NCBI GenBank assembly: GCA_951406725.2
Contig: OX597817.1
Coordinates: 98,828,001 to 98,892,000, forward strand
Reading direction: 5' to 3'
DNA: 64,000 bases
From: Octopus vulgaris
Lineage: Eukaryota
The translations under genes and the position numbers were made by a program. The notes under the pieces are model-generated. The model was not told the DNA's origin. It made no database searches and was given only the letters and a program-made list of their open reading frames with translations. Positions within the stretch are counted from its first letter, which is position 1; each line of letters starts with the position of its first letter. Of the stretch, positions 26,247-39,784 are shown in pieces.

Positions 26247-27905
26247 TCATCATCATCATCGTTTAATGTCCGCTTTTCATGCTAGCATGTGTTGGACAAT
26301 TTGACTGAGGGCAGGTGAACCAAATGGCTGTACCAGGCTCCAATCTTGATCTGGCAGAGTTTCTACAGCTGGATGCCCTTCCTAACACCAACCACTCTGA
26401 AAGTGTAGAGGGCCAGTCCGGCAGTACTGGCAACGGCCATGCTCAAATGGTGTTTTTTACGTGCCACCTGCACAGGAGTCGGTCCTGTGGCACTTGCAAT
26501 GACCTCACTCGAATGTTTTTTCACAGATCAAGATTGGAGCCCGGTACAGCTAACTGGGAAGATAGGCTGCACAGGTAACGATCACGCTCGAATAGTGCTT
26601 TTTACGTGCCACCGGCATGGAAGCCAGTTGGCTGCTCTGGCAACGATCATGATCAGATGGTGCTCTTAGCGCTCCACTAGCACAGTCATCGAATTTGATT
26701 TCGATTTCACTTGCCTCAACAGGTCTTCGCAATCAGAGTTTAGTGTCCAATGAAGGAAAGGTATGCATAAGTGGCTTGGTTACACCACTGGCATAGGCCA
26801 TGAGGTTATGGTCTCACTTGGCTTGCCAGGTTTTCTCAAGCACAGCATATTTCCAAAAGTCTCGGTCAGTAGTTATTGCCTTGGTGAGGCCTGACGTTCG
26901 AAGGTCATGCTTAACCACTTCATCCCATGTCTTCCTAGGTCTACCTTTTCTACAAGTTCCCTCAACCGCTAGGGTGTGGCACTTTTTCACACAGCTATCC
27001 ACATCCATTCTCACCACATGACCATACCAGTGCAGTTGCCTCTCTTGCACACCACATCTGATGCTTCTTAGATCCAACTTTTCTCTCAAGGTACTTACAC
27101 CCTGTCGAGTATGCACACTGACATTACACATCCATCAGAGCACACTGGCTTCATTCCTTGCAAGCTTACGCATGTCCTCAGCAGTTATGGCCCGTTTTAC
27201 TGCCATGTAGCATGGCTGTTTATACACATGCGTCATACCATCTGCCTTTTACTCTGAGTGAGAGACCCTTTGTCACCAGCAGAGGTAAGAGCTCTCTGAA
27301 CTTTGCCCAAGTTATTCTTATTCTAGCAGCTACACTTTCAGTGCACTCTCCCCCGCTACTGACTTGGTCACCTAGGCAAGGAAGCAATCAACTACTTCTA
27401 GTTTATCTCCCTGGAATGTTGCGGAAGTTGGTCTCTGCACATTTTCAGTGTTTATTGCTCCAGAGCATCTGCCACATACAAAAACTATCTTCCCAGTTAG
27501 CCTTCCTTTGATATTGCTGCACCTCATATGGGTCCATAGCTTACACTGGGTAAATCTTATAGAGTTTCTACCTATGCCTTTTCTACACATCGAGCAGGGC
27601 CATCTACCTGAAGGAATTTGTTTTTTGCCTGCCTTCCTACTTATTAGGACTTTGGTTTTAACTAGGTTGACTCTAAAGCCTTCGATTCTAATCCTTGTTT
27701 CCATGCCTGAAACTTCTCTAGTTCTGATAGTGACTCAACAATTAGAGCAGAGTCGTCAGCTTAGAGAAGCTCCCAGTGGTATTCTGTCTTGAATTCTTGT
27801 TATTGCCTGGAGGACTATGATAAATAGGAGGGGGTTGAGGACTGAACCTTGGTGGACCCCTACCTCTATCTGGAATTCTTCACTGTACTCGTTGCCAACC
27901 CTCAC
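26247..27905 (-). mobile_element. RTE LINE, 5'-truncated
   Basis: (GAT)n tail at 26247; C-terminal ORF pieces 26814-27131 and 27372-27704, the latter with the PHD motif. Confidence 0.88.
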
Positions 27906-29482
27906 CTGACTTTCCTATATATTGAGCAGGGCCATTTTCCTCACAGTAAGAGAGCCTTGTCTGCTTTCTTGCTAATAACTTTGATCTTATCTAGGTTAAC
28001 TTTAAGGCCCTTTGATTCCATACCCGGAATTTTTTCTCCAACTTTGCTACAGATTCTGTAATAAGAGTGAAGTCATCAGCATATCATAGTTTCCACAGGC
28101 ATCCAGTTTTGAATTCCTCTGTTATGGCCTGGAAGACTATGATGAATAGGTGTGGACTAAGAACTGAGCCTTGGTGAGCCCCTACTTGTACACTAAATTC
28201 ATCACTGACTCTTACCTTACTGACAACACCTCTGTACAAGGCTTGTACAGCTGTAACAAGCCACTCGCCTACACCAACCTTCCTTAGAGACCACCATATA
28301 ACAGAGCAGAGGACCCTGTCAAAAGCTTTCTGCAGATCAATAAAGGCCTAGTATGATGGCTTACTTTTGGCCAAATACTCTTCCTGTAGCAGTCTCACTA
28401 GTGTGATGACATCTGTGGTACTCCTCCAAGGTACAAAACCAAACTGCATCTTATCTAGTTTAATTATATTTCTAATCAATTGAGTTATAACTCTCTCTCT
28501 ATAATTTTCATGACCTGGGCTAGCAGTCTGATACCTCTGTAGTTGTTTCTATCTAAAGCATCATCTTTACCTTTCTAGCAGCTAACAATAATACTTCTAC
28601 ACCAGTCATTGGGGATAATGCCTTCCTGATTAACCTGACGAACTATGTGAGTGACTAGGCTGTATCCCACACCACTGGATATTTTAATCATCTCAGCAGT
28701 GATAGCTGATGGTCCAGGGGGATTTTTCTGTCTTCATATCCTTAATTGCCATATCTATTATACTGTTATCAAACCTGACGGCTGGTCATTTAATTAGTTC
28801 AATATTTGAAAGACCACCTCCTTCCATTCATTTTCCCCATTTAGTGGCACTTTCACATATCTTTTCTGAGTCACTAATACCATTACCTATTTTCACACAT
28901 TTCTCACCCACATCACTATTCTCTCTGATACACTGCTTCGCAGTCCTGAATACCTCATGCTATAGAACATTAGCAAACCTCTGGCCTTTGGCTATTCCTT
29001 TTGCTATGTAAACCTGTTGCTTAGCTTCCCTTCTTATATAATTCTGTTTCTACTGTTTTTCCAATCTTTCCAGGCCTGTCACTTTGCTTTTATAATGCCA
29101 TCCACCTCCTTGTTCCACCATCATTTCACCTGTGGCCTAGCTAGGACTTCGCACCAGCCACAGATTTGGCCTGCAGTCCCCTGTAGATTGTCCTGCAGGA
29201 ACTTCCAATTGCCTTCTAAGCTACAAGTCCCTACCTCCTACTCTCTGTCATTAGAGGGGTCTCTGAATTTCTTAACTGGGTCTTTGTGCTTCCATAATCT
29301 TGTCCAGTGTAGTTTATTTCTCCTAGTCTTTCTAACCCTAATTCTGAAGTCACTAACTAATTAATAGCTTATGTTGGGGTGTACATTCTTCACCTGGAAA
29401 TGACTTTGCATTTGTGAGCATCTGCCTATCTAGTTGCCTGATGAGGAGGCAATCAATCTCGATTGCCTCCTGAACTAATAAG

Positions 29483-29531
<49 letters not shown>

Positions 29532-30190
29532 TACTGAAGTTAGTGTTGTAGATCATGAGATCATTTGCATCTCATAACTCCAGTAGCTTTGTTCCTTCCT
29601 CATTCCTGGGGCCAAAACCATAACCACCATGAACCTCATAGAATTCATGGGAATGCTGCCCAACATGTCCATTAATGTCACCAGCCACAGTAACCCAGTT
29701 TCTGTCATTTGTCATTGAGGTGTCTGCAGACCGACCTTGTAGAATTGGTCCTTCTGGGCATCAGTAAGCTCAGCTTGTGGAGCATAAGCAGAGATAAATG
29801 TAACTGTTAATTTATCTATAATAAGTCTTAGCTTAATAACCCTATCACATACTCTGACTACCTCAATTACCCCATCCACCTATTTTTCTGCTAAGAATAT
29901 GCCCACAATACTCACTCCATCACTTCTACCTATCCAGAAGAATTTGAACCTGTCTCTTACCCACAAGAAATCTAGCAGAGGCGCCCTCCCATCTCACTTC
30001 TTGCACACCACACACATCGACATGGCAATGCTTCACCATTTCAATAATCTCACTAGACCTACCTTTCATTGTGCCAATGTTGATGGTAGCAGCCCTGAAT
30101 TTGTGTACTTGGGCGTGTCAGTGGGAAGGCAGTTGCTGTGAGTCTTTTTGTCAGTACCTGAAAAGAAGATCTGTGCAAATGCTAGCCAGA
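27906..30190 (-). mobile_element. Older, diverged RTE LINE (APE and RT relics) with a (GGCT)n insertion at 29487-29530
   Basis: NAKSFPGEECTPQHKL and RT-like segments; many stops. Confidence 0.8.
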
Positions 30191-30963
30191 TGGCATAGAG
30201 TTTTTATACATAGCTTATTCAATTCAATTGAATTACAATTTCCTCAATCCCATACAGCATCCCTAATAAGGGACAAAAAGGTGAGAGGGAAAGAGGGCAC
30301 ATAAGTGACCAGGAAGAGAGGCAGGGAGACACAAACACTACACAGCACAATATCAGTCTTACATGTTTATATACACATACATACATACATATAAATATAT
30401 AAACACACATATATATAAACACACATCTATATATATCCACATATCCTACACATTTCTGCATTTACCTATTTACACAAACACCGATATCCATATATACACA
30501 TGCAATCCACATATGCATACACTTAGATGACATATAGCCACACACACACACACACACATATATACATACACATACATATGCACATGCAACCCACAAAGAC
30601 ATACACTTAGATATATAAATACATACCGATAAGCACATATATTTGCATACACATATAGAAATATAGAGTCCACATGAGCACATACCTACATGTATACAGT
30701 ACTCTAACAGGTGCATACACACAGGTATATGGGTACAAAGAGGAGGGATCTCTACTCTCAGAACAGGAGTATGAGTAGCTAGGGAAGCAAGTCATGTATG
30801 TTTAGATTGAAAAGGCGAGGGTGGGAGGGCGACTATAATGGGTTTGCAAAAACGGCTGCTATGACAGAAACTACACAGAGAATTACAATAGCTCCTCCAT
30901 GTTGTTTACAATTCTAATTATCTGCTAACCAGACAATATTAATATTTTATTATTATCACTAAC

Positions 30964-32064
30964 TTGGTCACCAAGGTAGCGGATAGTTTCCGCTACCTAT
31001 GTGACCAAGTTAGTAGTGGGGGTGGATGCTCAGAGAGTGTTACCACTACAATAAGAATAGCCTGGGCAAAGTTTAGAAAGCTCCTACCCCTACTGGTGAC
31101 AAAGGGTCTCTCACTCAGAGTGAAAGGTAGATTGTATGACGCATGCATAAAAACCACCATGCTTCACGGTAGTGAAACATGGGCTCTGACTGCAGAGGAC
31201 ATGCGTAGGCTTGAAAAAAATGAAGCTAGCATGATCTGCTGGATGTGTGATGTCAGTGTGCACACACAACAGAGTGTAAGTGCCCTGAGAGAAATGCTGG
31301 ACATAAGAAGCATTGGATATGGCATGCAAGAGATTCGTCTGTGCTGGTATGGTCATGCACTACGGATGGATGAGGAGAGATGTGTGAAGAAGTGCCACTC
31401 CCAAACAGTTGAAGGAATCCAGGGTAGAGGTAGACCCAAGAAGACATGGGATGAGGTGGTCAAGCATGAGTTTCGAACGTTGGCTCTCACAGAGGCAATG
31501 ACGAAAGACCGAGATCTCTGAGGATATGCTGTGACTGCGAAGATCCGACAAATAACGTGAGTTCATGGCTGCTTCTAGCACCAGTTTCGTATAGCAGCCC
31601 CAGCCCATCCTTAGTACCTTAGATCGCAGGACGGCCTGCTATGCTTACTTTGGATTGTAGGACGACCTGTTGTGCTTGAGGAGACCTGTTGAGTCAAGTA
31701 CATCAACATCAAAAAATCAAATGGAAATTGTAGTTGTGATACCTGTGCCAGTGGCACGTAAAAAGCACCATCCAAATGTGGCCAATGCCAGCGCCACATT
31801 GACTGGCTTCCGTGCCAGTGGCATGTAAAAAGCACCAACCAATCGTGGCCGTTGCCAGCCTCCCCTGGCACCTGTACTAGTGGCACGTAAAAAGCACCCA
31901 CTACACTCACGGAGTGGTTGGCGTTAGGAAGGACATCCAGCTGTAGAAACACTGCCAGATCAGACTGGAGCCTGGTGTAGCCTCCTGGCTTCCCAGACCC
32001 CGGTCGAATCATCCAACCTATGCTAGCATGGAAAATGGACGTTAAACGATGATGATGATGATGA
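30964..32064 (+). mobile_element. RTE LINE 3' fragment
   Basis: ORF 30964-31521 (DSFRYL..RIAWAKFRKLLPLL..GRGRPKKTW); 3' UTR and (GAT)n tail at 32049-32064. Confidence 0.9.
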
Positions 32065-32570
32065 TTATTATTAAATTTTAATATTTTATTATTATTATTA
32101 CTAATAATACAATATTTATACATAGGTACACACTAAATGGCATATTTATCATATAAACATATAAGCAATGAGGATTGAGTGTACAACATTTCTAGGGTGG
32201 GGGAGCTGATGAGAGAGGAATTATAAGTATCGATTGAGAGAGTCACATTTGAATAAAATGAAATAGATAAAATTAAGCTGAAGTTTTGTGAACAAGGTGA
32301 CAGCCAAAACTGAATGATGTTTACCAAAACTATTCCTTAAATATGTTAATGGCTGCTGTGACAGAAAAACTATGTAGAGAATTACAATAGTTCCCCCATG
32401 TTGCTTAGTATTTTAATTATCATCTGCTAACCAGACTTATGATAAATTTTAATACTTAATTACTATTATTACTACAATAATATTTATTATCGTTATTTTT
32501 CATACAATTATTATTAATGCAATATTATTATTATTAATACAATATTTATACACATGTATACATTAAATGG

Positions 32571-33392
32571 CATCATCATCATCATCATTTAACATCCGCT
32601 TCCATGCTAGCATGGGTTGGACGATTTGATTGAGGTCTGGCGAACTAGATGGCTGCACCAGACTCCACTCTGATCTGGCAGAGTTTCTACAGCTGGGTGC
32701 CTTCCTAACACCAACCACTCCAAAAGTGTAGTGGGTGCTTTTATGTGCCACCGGCATGAGCGCCAGTCAGGCAGTACTGGCAACAGCCATGTTCAAATGG
32801 TGCTTTTTATGTGCCACCTGCACAGGAGTCAGTCCAGCGGCACTGGCAAAGACCTCGCTCGAATGTTTTTTCACGTGCCAGTAAGGCGATGCAGATAACA
32901 ATCATGCTCGAATGGTGCTTTTTATGTTCCACCGGCACGGAGGCCAGCTTGTTGCTCTGGCAATGATCATGCTCATATGGTACACTTAGCACTCCAATAG
33001 CACGGATGCCAGTCATCAAATTTGATTTCGATTTCACTTGCCTCAACAGGTCTTCGCAATCAGAGTTTAGTGTCCAATGAAGGAAAGGTACGCATAAGTG
33101 GGCTGGTTACACTCCTGGCATAAGCCACAAAGTTATGGTCTCACTTAGGCTTGCCGGGTCTTCTCAAGCACAGCATATTTCCAAAGGTCCCGGTCACTAG
33201 TCATTGTCTCGGTGAAGCCCAATATTCACCACCTCATCCCAGGTCTTCCTGGTCTACCTCTTCCCAGATTCCCTCAACCGCTAGGGTGTGGCACTTTTTC
33301 ACACAGCTATCCACATCCATTCTTGCCACATGGCCATACCAGCACAGTCGTCTCTCTTGCACACCACATCTGATGCTTCTTAGGTCCAACTT
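32571..33392 (-). mobile_element. RTE LINE 3' fragment with probable target-site duplication
   Basis: (CAT)n at 32571; flanked by AAATGGCAT (32565) and AAACGGCAT (33394); the host sequence continues across the insertion. Confidence 0.88.
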
Positions 33393-34479
33393 GAAACGGC
33401 ATATTTATCATATAAACATATAAGCAATGAGGATTGAGTAAACAACAGGTCTAGTGGGTGGAAGCTGATGGGAGAGAGGAACTGTAAGCATTGATTGACT
33501 GATCAAGGGTTTAAATTGTCTCTAGGAGTATAGGAGTCAAGGTGATGATGTTTCATATTTGTTTCACCATAGTTACTGGTGTTAATGCTAATTTTAGGGT
33601 GTCCAAATGATTGCTATGGTAGAGGGTGGGATTTTCCAAGATTACAGTATACTATTAACTTGGTTAAAATGGAAACCTGATCAGTGGTTCTCAGGGTCTG
33701 CAATTAGGTGGCTTGCACTTATTTGACATGAACATTATCTTGAAAAATACTCTTCTCTTTTAAAAACAAATACTGGTTATGAAACTCCACCATCAATTAC
33801 TGAGCTTGCACCTATTAGAAATGGTGATTATGAATCCCAAGTTTGGGGTTGTGGAATATGAAATTTTAATCAAGGATTTATAAAAAAAAAATGGAGTACT
33901 ATACCAAAGTGGGAAATTGGAGAACATCAATGGACATGTACAACAAAGTACAAATGTGCTAAGTGAAAAATCAAGTATAAGAGGCATCAGATGTAATATG
34001 CAGGAGACGTGTGATATGGATAGATGAAGACAGCTGTATAAAGGGCTGCCTATTGGTAAACACTGAAGGAGTTGGGGAAGAGGGAGACTCCAGGAATAAT
34101 GTGGTGAAGACTGAATGCAAGACATTGAACCTATTGGAGAAGCCTCAGTCAGGGGACTGAAAAGAAAAGTGATATTCTGTGCATTAGAAGACTTGTCCAT
34201 CACAGCAGAATTGAGGTTCTGTTAAGCCTCTCCCTACAACTAATCTTCTGACACCTATTCTTCTATGAATCTTCCGTATTATCCCATTTCCTTGATTCAT
34301 TTACCCTCTACAGAACTGATATTCTCCACATCCAACTCATTCCCTATCTCTAATTATCTGTCACACTATTCTCACTCAGCACACTTATCCACTTTTTTCT
34401 TCTTTTCTATCCTGTCTGCCATATTCACCTTGTACCTTGACTTCACCTCTCTCTCTCTCTTTTATATATATATATAAAT

Positions 34480-35969
34480 AAATGGAGTTTAACGCAGGTA
34501 TAATTCATTTACTTCCGACACATGTTTCAAAGATTTCACTGATATTCCAAAGGAATAAATGGTGTAAAGCAATGTAATCTTCTCTTCAGGGAAGTGAAGA
34601 AATGAAACTTGTCAATAAGACATTTTAACAGAAAATGATGGATATGTATAGTGATTTACTGAATGCTATTACTATTGTTTGAAGAAACATTATATGATAT
34701 AACATCAGAAGTAGCCTATAGAAAGAGGATAGATTTTTTTTAGTGAATGTTAAATATAAAAAGAAAATTCATGTATAAATTATATATAATGATAAAGATT
34801 ACTTATATGAACTAAAGGTGTGTTTTTGCCAATGTTTACATTGGTATGCACGCTCTATAACTGTTTACTAGGGGATTTTTAGAAAAAATAATGAAAAATA
34901 GTTCAGAATTAAAGAGAAGACAGAATTCCTTGGCTTTGTCATAAGGTATCGAGATTGAGAGAATCAACCATTCTAAATTAAACTGTTCATTGTGGTCTTT
35001 TAGATCGCAAATTAATTTACTGAGCCCTGTGCTGTTACGTTTATTTCTATCCTTAAATGTTGAGTAATGGATAGAAATTCTTTTAGATAACTGTAATGGC
35101 ATGCTTCCAATGTAAAATTGTACTTTATTTTGAGTAATGATTTTACACTGGTATATAGAATTTTAGAGTTACGTAACATAAACTTAATTCTGTTGGAATT
35201 GACTTCAGATACAATAACCTTGTTATCAATATTTCTAGAGGGATGGATGGTATTAGCTAAATTAATGTTAGTATTAGTAAATGTATTAATATTTAACAGG
35301 TTGTTATTATGTGAAGAGATAATTTGTAAGAGATTTTTTGTGTTGGAAAAACCAATCCTAACCGTATGTGAATTGATAATAGAGTAATACCTAGAATTCT
35401 TTGGAAAATTCCTAATAACAGCTTGACGAAATTGCAATGGGAGATTAGATTTAATTTGTCTCCCGTTGGAAGAATGAACCAAATATTTTTACTACTATTT
35501 ATCTTATTTTTAGTGTAATTATTTTTGAAAGTTTTACATTTACTTTTAGAATGATAATAAGGAATTAAATAAGGGTTATCTCCCTTCCTCCGCTTTGTAT
35601 TGGTGCATAGATTAAACTTGTAATCGATAATTCCTTTACAACTAGATTTCATATCTACATTATTGAAGACTGAATAGAATCAATGTAGAAAATTTTCTCT
35701 GTATAACCTGCTTTAAGTAAGGCAGAGTTATAAAATTCAGCGTTAACATTGAAAATGTCAACATTAGCAGATAACTTAAATAATCTAAATGAAATATTTT
35801 TAACTAAGTTCCTAGTAATTGCTCTAGAATGATTACTAAATTTGCTAATGTACTTAAGATTGGTCAATGGTTTATGATATGGGAAGTAAGAGTTATTGTG
35901 TAAGTTAAGCGTAATATCTAAAAAGTTGGCCTTCGTCATATGATCATCAAATAAATAAATAAACTCCAT
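34480..35969 (-). mobile_element. Decayed Penelope-like element 3' part (possibly Naiad-like)
   Basis: ANFLDITLNL..PYHKP..YISKFSNH..ALLKAGY (RT C-terminus); FYIG..KRISIHYSTFK..NSTGLSK..LEWLIL..CLL (GIY-YIG); hammerhead downstream. The clade call is tentative. Confidence 0.8.
34511..34595 (-). ncRNA. Type I hammerhead ribozyme with extended stem II
   Basis: Minus strand: acttcc CTGAAGA gaagatt..aatcttt GAAA c-atgt-g TC ggaagt; 6-bp helix I; GUC cleavage triplet, predicted cut after position 34517. Confidence 0.8.
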
Positions 35970-36129
35970 TTATTTATTTACATATTATACAAAAAATTCC
36001 ATGTAAACCTGAAGTTTCGACCTTTAAAAACAAGGAGTTACAACCTCTTTATTTGTGCAATTTTTCGCTACCCTGGTAACTATTTATCTATTGTTTCCAT
36101 GTTAATTGTTAACAAGGGAAAATACACTC

Positions 36130-36189
<60 letters not shown>

Positions 36190-36299
36190 TTTCCAGATGG
36201 ACAAGCCATGTATTCATCTCTTCAGCAAAACACCTACTCCTATCCCTCTATGCTAGTTTAGCCCTCAATTCTATATCCCACTGAGTAGAGGGGTCTTAT

Positions 36300-37203
36300 C
36301 TTGTAGGGACTTTGTTTTAGGAAGGGTATCCAGCAGTAGAAACAATGCCAAAGTAGACACTAGAATGTGGTGCAGCTCTTGGGCTTGTTTGTTCATGTCA
36401 AACTATCCAACCGATGCCAGTATGAGAAAAGGGACATTAAATGATGATGAATGAGTGTGTGTGTGTGTGTGTGTGTGTACATGAATATGTTTGTATTTCC
36501 TCTAATCTTCATTTGTGTTCACTGATTGTAAACAAAAGTTTCACCTTTCATGTAGCTGACATCATTTACTTCCAGTTTTTTGCATTTCTCCATTACCATG
36601 TCTGGGTCTTTTGCTGTTCAATAGACTGGGAGATTATTACCTTGCTGGAAAACAGGTGAAGTTGGTGTTGGCAAGAACATTTGGATGTAGAAAAACTCGG
36701 CCCATATGTAGTCTCATCTGATCTATGCAAGCATGGAAAAGTAAACATGGTGATGATAATGATGATGATATACATGTATGTATCATCATCCTTTAACATC
36801 CGTTTTCTTGCTGGCATGGGTTGGCTGGTTTGACCAGAGCTGCAGTCTGATTTTGCTTGGTTTCTAACATCGGGTGCCCTTCCTGAAACCAACCAATTTA
36901 CAGTGAGTGCTGGGTACTTTTAACATGATGCTGGCACCAGCACAAGTGCTTTTTATGTGGCACCAAAACAGGACTCTTGCAGGTCAGTCCTCTTCATCAG
37001 GGGCCTTAACACTTCTGCTGTGGCAGGCAGATCTACAGGAAGGTGTCTGGTATCTCAGTCCTTTGTTATCTCATCCAAAAGGCTCAGCGTTCTGAGGTTG
37101 TCCTTCAGTACTTTGTCCCATATCTTTCTGGGTCTCCCTCTTCTATGAGTTCCATCCACTTTGAGTGAACAACACTTCTTTATGGAGCTGTCAGCATCCA
37201 TCT
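36300..37203. mobile_element. Cluster of old RTE 3' ends and RTE-tailed SINE fragments in both orientations
   Basis: Diverged GCATCCAGC-GTAGAAA..GCATGGAAAA..(GAT)n motifs at about 36320-36450 and 36660-36770 (+); RTE 3' part 36782-37203 (-). Confidence 0.65.
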
Positions 37204-38487
37204 GTATGTATATATATGTATCTGTGAATGTTTACATCCTGCAGTTCACGAGATCTATTTTAGCAAAAAAAGTGACATTATGTTGACATTCCCAGCTAAC
37301 AAACCATACTGTAGTGCTGTACTACAGATTTTGAGAGGATGTAATTGTCATTTGTTTTTCCTAAATGCATTCTTTTCCTCACATTTCTTGTTTGTCATTC
37401 TTTTCCACTTCTAAAATAAAAAAAGTCCTTCACTTGAAAAACAAGTGTCAGTGACAGGAAAAGTATCCAGCAGTAAAATGATGCCTCAATAATAATTTAT
37501 TCAACTCATGCTATCATGGGAAAAAGGGACTTTAAATAGGACACCATAAACTTGATACTTCCAACAAGCATATCTTGATTTTCACTATTTATAAATATGA
37601 AATGTACAAAATCTTGAACTTGTCTGACATTTTCAACCATAATCATTAATTTCACTGGTGTTGTATGTTAAATGTGTATCATGAAGTTTAATAATTCTAG
37701 AATATATTAACTTTTTTAATTGATTCTTTCATGGACTCTAAAGGATTCATAGATCTCTATCATGTTTTCAGAACATTTGACAGATGTGATAGATCTATCT
37801 GGATAGAATGCTAGACTTTTGCACATTAATTTCCTTAGATGTACTATCATCTAAATAACTTGAAGCATCACTGAACCTAGAACAAAAGACACTTGAATCA
37901 TGTTCAAATCTATAGTACCAGCAATAGCTTTGACATTAATTAACAGGAAAGTTATTATCTTTTCATCCTTAAGATGTGTTTAATGTTACAGTGATGGGAA
38001 AATAAACTTACAGATATTAGTCTCTAAGTTTATTACTTGTCAAGTATCTAATAGAGCAATACTTTACCAAATACTAACCACTCAATTACAAAACGTGAAT
38101 TTCAAGCTAAGTTTAGAGAAATAATACAATAGTTAAAAACTCAAAACAGATTCAGCACCTATAACTTGTTCAATTCTTATTATAAATTAAAACAATGTGA
38201 AGGCATTCTATAGAGTGGGTTTAGAGTTCTGTATATCAAGGCAATAGCTGCAACATACACATAAAAGAGAACTGATTTGTTTGATTGAGAGAAAGAGAAT
38301 ATCTAACAATTAACAATCAATCCAAAGATAACTTCTGGTAGCCCTAAAAATGAAGCATTTACAGGGATTTTGTAGAAGAATACACTGAAGTGGTCTCCTA
38401 CCCACCTCTCAGACCCCATAAACAATGAAACATTCACTAATTGTACAATTCTTGCTTTGCAACAGTGATCTAAACCCATCTTTTATG

Positions 38488-38840
38488 TGTTTCAGTTATT
38501 AGACTGTAGCCATGCTGGGGTACTGCTTGAAGAATTTGATAGTTGAATGAATCAATGCCAATACTCTTTTTTTGTTCAAGTCTGCTACTTATTCTCCCAG
38601 TTTCTTTTTGCTAAATCACTAGCTGATGGGGATGTAAAAAAACAAACACTAACACCAGCTGTCAAGCAGTGGTAGCAAACCAACATAGACACGAAGAAAC
38701 ACACACACACACACAATGGGCTTCTTTCAGTATGCTTCTACCAAATCCACTCACAAGGCTTCAGTTGGCGCAAGGCTATAGTGGAAAACACTTGTCCAAA
38801 ATGCCATGCAGTGGGACTGAACCCAGGCCTATGTGGTTCA
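38488..38840 (-). mobile_element. tRNA-derived CORE-type SINE with CR1-like 3' tail
   Basis: Minus strand: GGTTCAGTCCC (B box-like), CATTTTGGACAAGTGTTTTCCACTATAGCC (CORE-like), a (TG)n spacer, then the tail CCCCAGCATGGCTACAGTC..ACTGAAAC similar to the LINE 3' ends at 3500-3545 and 15762-15800. Confidence 0.75.
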
Positions 38841-39449
38841 TCAACATCTATAGTAATTATTCATATATACGTGAACTAAACTAATAAGAAATGGCATATT
38901 AAAGGCACATCACAGACAGAATTCAAACCATCAACTACCAACTCGGTCATCTTTACCTTTCACCAACCATAATGAATAGTAATTTATTTTTATGCATAAG
39001 TAATGACATTGTGCTGAAATCTCAACATAATATAACTCATTTATATTTAAATATTATCTCCAATAAAAATGTTTCAAGGTACCTAAATTATTTAAGAAGA
39101 TTTGATTGAACTCATATTTCCTGAATGCAAATAATAGAACTTGTAATTGGAATAAATGAAAAGGCTTTACTCAAAGTTAAAAATTGAAAAACTATTTTCT
39201 TTTCTAAATATTTTAGATTCATTTGCTGATTCTTGTATAATTGTTTTGTCTTTTTTCCATTTCAGCAATTGCATATTGTTGAAGCAATTAATTAGCTTTC
39301 AGAACTAAATGCCCTTCATGCTATCTGACTGAGAAATAATACTGACATTTGTTAGGCTCTGTGCGAAATACCAAGTGGCTGAAGAATTACATGTATTACA
39401 TAAAAAGTGCAAAAACAAAATGTGTTTGGATATAAATTTTTTTTTTTAC

Positions 39450-39716
39450 CTGTAGAGCCATAGCTATTTGTATGAACCACTCCACAACCTGTTTCTCTTC
39501 TAAGACCTTCCCTTTGCGTTCCTTAAGCAAAGTGTAGAGATCACCACCTTCACAATATTGCATGGCAATGTATAAATATCGTTCACCAGTCTGAAAGGAA
39601 TCTTTGTAAGTCACAATATTTGGATGTTTTAAGTTGGATAACAATCTTGCTTCTTGCTCAGCTGCTCTACGTTCTTTATCAGATGTACTTTTCAAGTTGA
39701 TCTTTTTAAGAACATA
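39450..39716 (-). CDS. NEK4: NIMA-related kinase (NEK4-like), coding exon 2
   Basis: TTTCAG acceptor and CAG|GTAAAA donor; 267 nt, phase 0-0. YVLKKINLKSTSDKERRAAEQEARLLSNLKHPNIVTYKDSF...YCEGGDLY...QVVEWFIQIAMALQ matches kinase subdomains II-VIa; ERRAAEQEA and VVEWF-QIAMALQ are recalled as NEK4-specific motifs. Confidence 0.92.
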
Positions 39717-39784
39717 CTGAAATATCAAAAATAACAATCTTTATTATATGTTTTTACATCAATTGTGTGTTTTATATATCACAA

